Source: Diadema antillarum
Lineage: Eukaryota
Direction: 5' to 3'
Length of the DNA: 64,000 nt
Assembly (NCBI RefSeq): GCF_040938485.1
Contig: NW_027271666.1
Span: forward strand, 1,736,001-1,800,000
Shown: positions 1 through 10,100 of the stretch, piece after piece
Numbering within the stretch: position 1 is the first letter of the stretch
How the letters are laid out: each line of letters starts with the position of its first letter
Translations under genes and position numbers: made by a program
Notes under the pieces: model-generated
The model's database searches: none
What the model was told of the DNA's origin: nothing
The model's input: only the letters and a program-made list of their open reading frames with translations

Positions 1-271
1 ATGTGAATATAATGACGCAGATTTGATTGATTCTGGATTCTTCACTTTCACTTGAGAGAGAATGGACATACAAATGTATTCTCTACGAGCTCTGCTATGT
101 TGAATAGTTAATAGGCCTGTATTTGTTATTCACTCTGTATTCGACATGTAGCTGAGGATAATGCGGAGTTTATACGTGTATCGGCAGACTGGGACTGTTT
201 GATTTGTTCAAATAAATATATGCAACGTCAAATGGAGACTGTCAGTGTCATCATTAACCCGGCTTACAACA
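1..271 (+). repeat. 5' LTR (3' part only)
   Basis: Matches 3428-3697 with about 4 substitutions and 2 small indels. Ends in ...TACAACA. Confidence 0.92.
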
Positions 272-273
272 AA

Positions 274-291
274 TGGTGTCAGGAGTGGGAT
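274..291 (+). promoter_or_regulatory. Primer-binding site complementary to the 3' end of tRNA-Leu(CAG)
   Basis: TGGTGTCAGGAGTGGGAT lies 2 nt after the LTR. It is the reverse complement of ...ATCCCACTCCTGACA-CCA, the recalled 3' end of metazoan tRNA-Leu(CAG). Confidence 0.88.
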
Positions 292-853
292 GATGACAGC
301 CTGACGGAGTGATCCACTTCATCCAGTTGAAGAACCCTGATCGACGAATAACAGCCTCGAGTATGACGGAATAATGGTCCACGTTTCGCTCCGAGGAGAC
401 CTGCTGTTTTAACTACACTTTGGTAGCGGACAGGAGTGCTGGGTAATCTTGATCTTGATCTTGATGGTGTATGTTGATCAGCCCTGGTAGAGCAGCACTA
501 CTCTGTGAGGCAGCTTCAAGATGATCAGGCTCGTCGATGGCGGGCTGGAGACTGGAGCTGATGGTGCGTCGGGAGTTTTGCTGTGGACGTCGGAGTGCGC
601 TGGCGTGCGTCGGGGGCGGCTGAACATCAATCGGGATGCGAAATCGACGGTTACAGAGCTGCGATATGGCATCTCACGCACTGAGCAAGTATTTGGTAAC
701 TGAAATAATGGATGATGCTGAACTTTCGTCTAACCGATTGGACTTCATGCAGAGTTTGGACCTATGATGCCATTTGGGCATTACGTTTCATGTTTGAAAA
801 TGACGTGTAGGCCCTATTAGAGATTTCTAATTGGTCAAACTGCGTAATTAGTC

Positions 854-2068
854 ATGTGTGAACAGTTTGTTTATAAGGATGTGCAAATTGATAATTTCTC
901 TTCGACATCATTTGGACAGGCAATGAAAGGGTTGTGTGTAAATCTCGCTCTAGGCCATGCACTGATTGAAAAGTTTAGTGGGTATTGTGAAGATGGCACA
1001 GAAACACCTTTTTCTAATTGGATGGAAATGTTTAATCTGACAGTTGAGCCTTTCAGTTTAAGTGATGAGGAAAAGGCTAAAGTTTTAGTGAGCAACCTCA
1101 CAGGGCCAGCAAGAGAGGAGATTATCTATTGCCTGTCTGAAGAGAAGAGGAGGAGTTTTACAGAGGTTGTAAAAGCTCTCCGTCTGTGTTTTAGTCGAGA
1201 GAATTCTCACTATTTGCGGTGTTTGTTCTATGAACGTGTTCAACGTGATGATGAAGACTTGGCAGACTTCAGTAGGGCTCTCATTCGTCTTTATGCCAAA
1301 TTGGTAGATGCTGCAGACGATGAGAAGGAAGCTGCGGCTCTGAGGCAGCTTAGGGATAAAGCTCTGTCAAATCAGTTTGTCAGTGGAACACGGGAGAGAG
1401 AACGAATTTTGTTAAGGCGTTTGCACATGAGAAATAGGGGAGACCGATTTGAAGTGCTTAGGAGAGAAGCATTGTTAGTTCTCCGTGAAGACTGTATGCT
1501 TGAGGGAGATGGGCTGAAAACTGGGAGTGCTGATGCTGGAACACAAGGAGTGTTCACTGACCCGGTTGCTCAGCAGCTAGATCTTTCCTCAGATACAGCT
1601 GTACAGGAGGAGGAGGATGCCATATCTACTCTTTTGAATGGGGGATCGCAGATGCTGGGTTGCGTTGATGTAGATGAGGGTGGTGCAGAAATTGATGCTA
1701 GGGGACATGGACATGAGTCATGTGATGAACAGGTTGATGCAAAGGATTTAGATGCTGGGGTGCTTCTAATTGCAAATCCTGTAGGAGAGGGTACCAAGAG
1801 GGTTCCCGAATTATCACTTGAAGGTCAGGATGTCCAAAAGCATGCAAAAGTGCAGCCACTAAGAACTAACGTAGCGCCAAAGGAGCGGTCAATTCCAAAA
1901 GGGGAGAATATTTCTCATGGTGACATTGTTGTCAATAATGTAACAACAAGGGAGGCATGCATACCTAACTGTAACATGTGGAAGCATGGATGTCATGTTC
2001 AGGGAACGGTATGGGGGCCCTGGGAGTCAAATTGGAGACCGGATTTTGGGTTGGTCGCTGCAGGTTAG
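854..2068 (+). CDS. Retrotransposon Gag (capsid-like) protein, 404 aa
   Basis: Intact ORF inside the LTR pair. It has gypsy/PNMA-type capsid motifs (FSG..F..W, L.G.A, F..R.Q...E.L.DFS..L..L) followed by an acidic linker. No canonical CCHC knuckle. Confidence 0.85.
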   Translation: MCEQFVYKDVQIDNFSSTSFGQAMKGLCVNLALGHALIEKFSGYCEDGTETPFSNWMEMFNLTVEPFSLSDEEKAKVLVSNLTGPAREEIIYCLSEEKRRSFTEVVKALRLCFSRENSHYLRCLFYERVQRDDEDLADFSRALIRLYAKLVDAADDEKEAAALRQLRDKALSNQFVSGTRERERILLRRLHMRNRGDRFEVLRREALLVLREDCMLEGDGLKTGSADAGTQGVFTDPVAQQLDLSSDTAVQEEEDAISTLLNGGSQMLGCVDVDEGGAEIDARGHGHESCDEQVDAKDLDAGVLLIANPVGEGTKRVPELSLEGQDVQKHAKVQPLRTNVAPKERSIPKGENISHGDIVVNNVTTREACIPNCNMWKHGCHVQGTVWGPWESNWRPDFGLVAAG

Positions 2069-3296
2069 AAATCCGCTGTCCGTTCATGGAATTTATTGTG
2101 AGTGGTAATTGATTCGCTTACAGTGTATACATTCATGACTGCAGCTGAAACTTGTGTACCATCTCAAGTAGCAATGGAATTAGGAACTATGCGCATTTAG
2201 AGATGCAATATCAATGCGAGAAAGGATTATCAATATGATATGCTTGTTTTAATTGATATGTGATTGATAAGAAGTTTTTAATGAGATACTGGAATAGTGA
2301 TGTGAAAGTATTTGAAATCACTATTACGTGGAAAAACGAAGGAACTATTATTGTTTTAATTGTTTTGTTGGCAGCTGAACAACATGGCATTCTGACAATA
2401 TTAGTGGTTGTTCAGTGAGTCAAGAACTTTTGATAATGAGAATAGTTGGTCGAAAATTCACGCTTTGAATGATCCCTTAATTTGTGTGAAGTTTTGTCAA
2501 TGAGCAAATTGTCAACTGTGACGATATGACACATTAAAAAGCGGGGAAGTTATCTTTATCATTCGCTTGCTAAAGCGGGGAAGCTCATATTTGTTATTAG
2601 TGAATTCTAACATTCCGTGACTTCACTTTGTTTTAACTGTTGCATTTCCTGATATGTGTTATATTGATTCATTGAGAAATACATTACTTTTAGAAAATCG
2701 ATTATTATCATACGGGTCGTATGATATAATCGCAGGGAAGTTGTTGTGTTGTTGTATGTACTTACTACAGGCATTAATGTATGGTCGTATGCGACGCAGT
2801 AAATGTTCTGTTACGGCACGGTTGACATGATTTTTCTGTTCTTTTATGCATCGTTGTCTCGAAGAATCTGTACATAACTGACAATGTGGGACGACTGTGC
2901 TTTACATCGAAACGGAACTGACGAAAATTGTAACATTAATGTGTTATTCTCTTTGCCCGAAACGTTTATGCCATGTATCAAACATGAGTTTGTATGATTT
3001 TATACTGTAAATTTGGAAGGTTCAAAGAGTTTCAGCTCTTGGCAGATTTCATATATAACGTTCAATTTTGTAGTTACTAGTATTTCAACGTTTGTATATT
3101 TGACTGGAAAAGCGGGGAACACACGCTTTCCTGAAATATATTTTTTTAATTATCTACTGTTAATCCGCTCTGTATGGAATTGCTGTAAAGTGTAATGATT
3201 TGACATGAATTTTTTGTTATGTATTATTATGTATAATGATATGAAAATGATATGATGTAATTGGGATTATATAACCCATGGTTGTGTTATATAATC

Positions 3297-3307
3297 GCGG
3301 GGAAGTT
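3297..3307 (+). promoter_or_regulatory. Polypurine tract (PPT)
   Basis: GCGGGGAAGTT lies immediately before the TG that opens the 3' LTR. Confidence 0.7.
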
Positions 3308-3697
3308 TGTGGTAAATGGAAATATGCGGTCTGTTATTGTTGCGTCAATGCGTTGAGGCGCGTTGTGTCCATGCCATGGCGCAGTGTGCGTGTGGTTGGC
3401 ATGGGCACAACGCAATTTTTATTTTTCATGTGAATATAATGACGCCGATTTGATTGATTCTGGATTCTTCACTTTCACTTGAGAGAGAATGGACATACAA
3501 ATGTATTCTCTACGAGCTCTGCTATGTTGAATAGTTAATAGGCCTGTATTTGTTATTCACTCTTTATTCGACATGTAGCTGAGGATAATGTGGAGTTTAT
3601 ATGTGTATCGGCAGACTGGGACTGTTTGATTTGTTCAAATTATGCAACGTCAAATGGAGACTGTCAGTGTCATCATTAACCCGGCTTAGTTACAACA
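3308..3697 (+). repeat. 3' LTR (390 bp)
   Basis: Starts TGTGG after the PPT, ends TACAACA, and contains the copy of 1-271. Confidence 0.9.
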
Positions 3698-3860
3698 TTA
3701 GTATAACACATCATTGAAAGTTTGAGGGAAACAAATTTTACAAGCTATGCAGCCTATGCTTTTAGTTGGGTCACCTCATTTCCGTTTCGTATAGTAACTC
3801 TATATTCTGTTAATTCATGTTGTTATATTACTGTAATATTATGTGTCAACATGTAATCAT

Positions 3861-3958
3861 CAATGCAATGCAATGTAAATGAAAAATGCAAATGCAATGT
3901 AAATGCAATGTAAATGCAATGTAAATGGAATGAAATGAATAAATTCAATTCAATTCAA
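3861..3958. repeat. Simple repeat (AATGCAATGTA / AATTC-type)
   Basis: Tandem aatgcaatgtaa units followed by aattc units. Confidence 0.8.
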
Positions 3959-4644
3959 ACCAAAGAGATTCTGAGTGGAACATGCTTTGTTTATTGAGGT
4001 CACTATGCATTCCTCACCTGTGGATTAGAATCCTCGTGGTAGTTATTCGCTATGTTGAAGGGACTGGGACCAAGCGCCGGTGGCGTTTCGAAAGATAACA
4101 TTCGATTGATTCTGCTGGACAGATCGGAAAATGCCATGTTTCCTCTGCTCCCAGGCTCAGCTCAACATGCGATCCTTGAACCCTGTGAAGTGCGTCGTCA
4201 TTGAAAGAAACTGGTGTCAGTCGCCTAGTCGCTGATGGAATGGATCGGAAAAATATCTCGGTCTTCTTAATACCAGTAAGTTTATGTACTGTAGGGATGT
4301 GATTAGACAGAAAGATCCGTCTGTCCGGAGGACTCTTTTATATTTTGCCATTGACGCTGTCCTCCGTAGACAGACGGAAGGTTGCAGTACCCATTGCTGT
4401 GTGGATGTTCTTAACCACTGTCTCTATGGAAAATTGGGTGAGGTACCTCACCCTTCTCGATTGCGTCTAATTCACGGCCCTAGGTCGGCAAATTTAAGCT
4501 TGTATGGTGAAATTATTTTTTTAAGAATACGTTACACTCACCAGATTAATGAGTAATCCAACATTTTAGGAGAATTTTCAACGTAAAACACAGCCTGTCG
4601 CGTCGTCACATTCAAACTGCAGAAACATACACTATGAGTCTATT

Positions 4645-4714
4645 AGCCAATCACATGCGAGGTAGTTTCTACGTGTTTGTTTTACTAAAACACGTACCTC
4701 GCATGTGATTGGCT
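4645..4714. promoter_or_regulatory. Perfect 20-bp inverted repeat carrying two opposed CCAAT boxes; candidate promoter of the ACCS-like gene
   Basis: agccaatcacatgcgaggta (4645-4664) pairs with tacctcgcatgtgattggct (4695-4714). Downstream are CAAAATGGCG and a GTGAGT donor at 4808. Confidence 0.4.
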
Positions 4715-5088
4715 TAGCAATTGTTACAGATTCAAAATGGCGACTTACTGCTCGCGAACGGCGATGTTGCGATATCGATAAAATTTCTGCATTATAACCG
4801 AGGTTATGTGAGTATTTCGACTGCACAATGTGAGAAATTTATCCCAAATATTGCTGCATAATGTGTCATGTCATGTCATACTTGTTTGAATGTAAAAAAG
4901 CTGTCTGAAATTTGGTTTATCGTAATGTTTGATCTGTGCGCGACTGCTCCACACAGGAGCCGCAATCATTGACTTCGGTCTGTATACGGAGGGGATCCGT
5001 GAAGCCAGACGCAGTCTCCGCGGAACATTCCACGACGGACAGATACAGACCGATCTTTCGGTCAAGGATGTGATGTATACAGGATATA

Positions 5089-6555
5089 CAGTCAAACCTG
5101 TCTATAGCGGCCACCCAAGGGAAACAACAAAAGTGGCCGCTATAGACAGGTGGCCGTTATAGACAGGTTGGCGGCCATTTTGAATTTCATTACTTGCATT
5201 TTATAGTAGCCGAAAATACCGCATGTTATTCTTTAAAAAAAAAAAAAAAAAACAACCAACATATAAGTTTGCATGTGCAGCAGCTCTGCTATTATGGGGA
5301 TTTTCGTTGTACAATTCACTTCATTTTTTTTTTTTTTTTTTTGATCATTGCCTCCTTCTATTCTTTTGATGTTAAAAATAATATTTCGGGCCTGAGAAGT
5401 GCTCTGGTTCATCCCTATACAGTCCACTCCCGTTACAACGAACAGGGTTATAACGAAATTTCGTTATAACGAAGTAAATCTTCTGGTCCCAAAATTATCA
5501 CCATTAAAGTCTATGGTACAAAATTCGCTTACAGCGAACACGGTTATAGCGAAATTTCCGTTATAACGAAGTCTTTTCCGAGCGCCACAGACAAAGAAAA
5601 ACAAAAGAAATGTGCTCCGTTATAACGAAATGCGAATTGCTTTCGAAAATACGTAGCGGAACAAGCATTTATAGCGTCTCTGCATGGGTGAACGCTTCAC
5701 ACCACTGAGTCTTCGCTCCTTGTGTCACGCACAGTTTCTGAGGGGAACTTGCGTTTATTATTGTATTACAGCTATCTCATCACATTTCACATAGCTTTGC
5801 ATGCAGTGTATGATGAGTATTCAGCAAGCAGAATAATATGATATATATACGTGGTTTCCTTGTTTTCGTTATAGATCGTATTTGTTCGGTTATAACGAAA
5901 TTTCGTTATAACGAAAGAAAACTGCCGGTCCCGAGCATTTCGTTATAACGGGAGTGCACTGTATACCGGTTGGCATGAACGGGGTTCACGAGAGCTGAGT
6001 TCGATGGAGGATTGATAATGTGTAAAAATTTACGTAAACTATAGAAACAATACCAGTGAATACCCAGACAAGTACCATGTTGTCCTTATTGAAAGGGACT
6101 TAAACACTAATAAGTCTGCATTTTGGTAACAGTCTAAGTTGTTATTAGGAGTTGCCTTTGCCTTTGTAGCATCTATTCAGGGCTGCATTACTGAAGCCTA
6201 GATCTAATCTAGTCAAGTTGGTGGTAAGATGGGTTTTCGTGGCAAAGAGCTGCATTAATTTTGTCAATCATGTCTGTGTGATTGTGACTGAGCAAGGACT
6301 CGGTAGAAATCACGCAATGAACGTAAAAGACATCGTACTCATTGCTGATTTAATGGATCAACTCAATTTTTGTGGCCGCTATACGCAGGTTGATATTCAC
6401 CACGGGAGACAAAATGAGTGGCCGCTGGCCGCGTTAGGCAGGTGGCTGCTATATAGAGGGTCTATAATACAGCAATTGCGTTCGGGGGAATTTTCAGTGG
6501 CCGTTATAGGCAGGTGGCCGCTATAGAGAGGTGGCCGCTAAGACAGGTTTGACTG
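5089..6555. mobile_element. Tc1/mariner-pogo-type non-autonomous element (MITE)
   Basis: TIRs CAGTCAAACCTGTC...GACAGGTTTGACTG, TA duplicated on both sides, and subterminal gtggccgctata repeats. Confidence 0.88.
5420..5961. mobile_element. Nested pogo-type MITE (CAGTGCACTCC family)
   Basis: TIRs CAGTCCACTCCCGTTA...TAACGGGAGTGCACTG, TA TSD, and many cgttataacg motifs. Confidence 0.88.
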
Positions 6556-7061
6556 TACCCACACAACCCTGAGCAGGTACTGTAATACACCGTACAGCTG
6601 TCCGCTGGTTCTCGTCGCGCCCGGCTGCGCCGCCCCCACACGGGGATCCACCTGGCGCCTCCTACCGGCTCTGGCGGCATACCACACTCTCCGCAAGCCG
6701 AACCCGGAAGAGGGAGTCCTCCATACGTCATGACCAGCTGGGAGATGTTTAGGCCCTCACCTAGCACTAGCGTACTGTACACTTTACCTGTCCCTGGCCG
6801 GTGGATCGCGCACACTTTGACAGCCGCCAAAGAGTAGCCAAGCGCAAACCCTGGAAAGGACCCTGGGCTTTTGATAAACTTTGAAGCATCCACCGTTAGA
6901 TGCATCAGATGCGCAATCAGTCTCATCAGTTTAGATGGTCTATGGTCTTCGTAATACCCTTCATATGTCACGGGTGATTTCTTCCTGTCTCGGCCTTCAA
7001 TCTGATCTAGTTTTCTACTAAAAACAACTCGCTAAGTACTCAAGGAGCAGAGCAACTCGCA

Positions 7062-7175
7062 ATGGAGGTAGAGTTGGCCGGAAGAACAGCCCGTGTGTTA
7101 TCCTACGTGGACCCAGTGCGTGAGTCAAGTGGTAAAGTCGAGGCAAATCTTTACCATGAAACCGAAAATCCAAAG
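7062..7175 (+). CDS. ACCS: ACCS-like coding exon 1
   Basis: MEVELAGRTARVLSYVDPVRESSGKVEANLYHETENPK, followed by a GTAATT donor. Confidence 0.75.
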
Positions 7176-10100
7176 GTAATTCAGCCTTTTATCATCATTT
7201 GATTCATTGGAGTAGCTTGAGTAGAGCCTCTAGGTCAAATTCTCAATTGGTCAAGCGTGCTTATTAATACATCAGTATGTCAAATTATTCATGGACCTCT
7301 AATAAATAATTATAGTACACTAGTATAAAAATTACACAATTGTCATTGACATTCATCGCTCGTTAATTAATTCATGCACCTGTTTCTGTCAAAAGCGTCA
7401 CAAAAGCATTTCAAACTATAGGCTTAAAGGGATAGTACAGTTTCGGCTGAGATGGGGCTTGTGAGGTTTTCAACATTTTCTGATGATGATTTTTTTGACA
7501 TAATGAGAAACCTCTAATTGAGTATGAAAAAGCATATAATTCTAAGAGGAATTCAAAGTTTGTAATTGATGAAAATTGGTTTTGAAATGGCTGAGATATA
7601 AAAAACAAAGCGATACTAATAAAAGATGGGATCCACCTTCAATTAGGATATTGCTTTGTTTTACTCTGTTTTTGAATACCTCAGCCATGTCAAGACCGAT
7701 TTTCATCAAATAAACATTGAATTTTATTTAGAATTGTATGCTTTTTAGCTCACCTGAACCGAAGGCTCAAGTGAGCTATTGCGATCGCCCTTCGTCCGGT
7801 GTCCTATGTGCGTCGTGCGTAAACTTTTTACATTTTCATCTTCTTCTTGAGAACCCCATGACCGATTTTCACCAAACTGCTGTAGGCAGGTACATGTACC
7901 ATCCCTAGGCGAATAGGATCTCAATTTGTTCAAATGGGCACCATGGCCCACCTGGGGGGCCCCTGGGGGGCCCAAACCCCCTACAATTAAGGAATCTTTA
8001 ACTTCTTCTCTAGAACCAGAAGTGATAAGACTTAGTAAATACTATGATTTAGTACATTGATGACTGTATAGTTTCAAGTTTGTTCATGGGGGAAGCAGGG
8101 GTGCCCCCCTTGGGACCCAGGGGAGGGGGGGGGGGTGGGGAGGGGTCAATGGGGCCTAAATTGTGAATTTTCATCTTCACTTTGAAATACCCATGTCTGA
8201 TTTTCACCAAACTTGGTAGGTAGCATCCCTAGGGGGATAGGATTTCAATTTGTTCAAATGGGCATCATGGCCCACCTGGGGGACTCCCAGGGGGACCCAA
8301 ACACCCTAAAATCAAGGAATCTTTAAAAATCTTCTCTAGAACCAGAAGTGATAGGGCTTAGATAATACTATGAGTTAGTACATTGATGACTTAGATTCAA
8401 GTTTGTTCATGGGATTGGTGGAATCAGGGGTGCCCCCCCCCCATGGGCCCATGAGAGGGGATGGAGATGGGTCCTAATGGGGCCTGAACTGACATGTTCA
8501 TCTTCTTGAAAACCTCATGATGAATTTTGACCAAACTTAGCTGGTAGCATCCCTAGAATCTCAATTCCTTCAAATGGGCACCATGTCCCTCTTGGGGGGC
8601 CCCTTGCTTGGTTGCCCCTCCCCCCCCCCCCCCCAACACACACACACATTAAGGAGTATTTAAAATCTTCTACTCTAGAACCAGAAATGATAAAGCAAAG
8701 TTAATACCATGAGTTTGTACATTGATGACTTTAGTTCCAAGTTTGTTCATTGCAGATCTAGGGCTGCCTGCCCCCAACCCCCCCCCCCCCCCCCACCCTG
8801 GAGTTGGGGGGGGGGATCCATATGCAGACCTAAGTTTCCAATGTTCTCAGGTAAGAGTGTGAAAGAATGCATGGAAGGTGAAATTGCGATACTCGGGTGA
8901 GGGCGTGACCCCCGGGTCTCTTGTTATCATTTAAAGTGGTTTCTAAGTATACTGTATCTTAATTGCAAAAAAGTTAAAAGCTGTCCTTCTCACCTCGACC
9001 AAAAATAAAACTATCCCTTTAAGCATGCTTTCCTGCATTGATCTTTTCATCACTGCTGTTAGCCAGCCTGGATAAACAAGACAACACTTTGAGAAATCTA
9101 AAAAGTATACCTGCACAGAAGAGTGGATTAATTAGTAATTCTCTTAAATCAAGAAAAATGCATGTGCAGTTGTACTAGTGTACATTGGTAAATCGCTCTA
9201 AGTATCAAATTCCATAATTTGTGAAATGCACGTACTTTACAAGAGAAAGCACCTATTTTGGCAGATTGGTTGTGATTTGCAATCTGATTTTTTCCCATTT
9301 TTCGCACATTGTTCCTGAGTAAACATGGACAGTAACCGTAGATGAAATGTGTCCTATCATGATTAGGCCATGTTACATACACGGTACAGAGTTTGTATGT
9401 CATGCTTGTCCACAAGTGTCCACTTCAGTAATTTTCAATTTTGTGACAAGAAAACTGTCATGTTTTCGGGTTTGCTGAGCACTAGTCTCCCTTTCATCAG
9501 TGTTTACTCAGAGGCAGTTGAGTCTGAAAAGGCACCTCGGCAAAATAAGGCCGCAATGAGGGAAATGGTTCTTTTGTCAGTGACGATGCACAATTACACA
9601 GATACTAGGCTTACTGCACTAGCTCTGAAGAATGTTGCTTTACATTACAATTATGAAAGCTGTTTTCTTTTCCCCTTTTTTCCTTCTTGTTCTATCTCCC
9701 CTATCTCTCCCTCTCTCTCTTTTCTTTTCTACAGGGCATTGTCGATTTGTGTATGTCGCAAAACACTCTGATATCAGATGTGCTCCTAGAAAAGGTTTGT
9801 GTTAGTTGATCATTCATTCTCAGTCTTATTTTATTCTTTCTTGAGTAGAGCTGCAAACCAGAATGATTTTATTTCAAATACTGTTTTCTCATGCATCTTT
9901 TTATCCAGCCCGAGAACATGTTTTTGTTCTGATTTGTTTCCGCAGTTGCTTTCATAAGAAACAAAAACAAAATGTTCATCAACAAGTATTCCTTATTTTC
10001 AATGCTGTAAGTATTTTGACAGAGTTTTAGTTCAGTGCTATGAAAGATGAATGCCTTAATCATACTTAACACCTAGATGCCGACTACCTTTGTGTTTCCA

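Larger units (their letters stand above)
1..3697 (+). mobile_element. Ty3/gypsy-like LTR retroelement, non-autonomous (Gag only, no pol); 5' LTR truncated by the window edge
   Basis: Bases 1-271 repeat at 3428-3697. PBS at 274-291, Gag-like ORF at 854-2068, purine tract at 3297-3307, and a 3' LTR with TG...CA ends. Confidence 0.92.

Noticed and set aside
478-703. Short ORFs on both strands in the LTR element's 5' leader
   Set aside because: I checked the frames by hand. None extends beyond about 70 codons and none has a recognisable motif, so this is treated as leader sequence.
4040-4560. Moderately GC-rich stretch with an open minus frame of about 85 codons (LSNHIPTVHKLTG...)
   Set aside because: It has no start codon, convincing splice sites or recognisable domain, so it cannot be supported as a gene.
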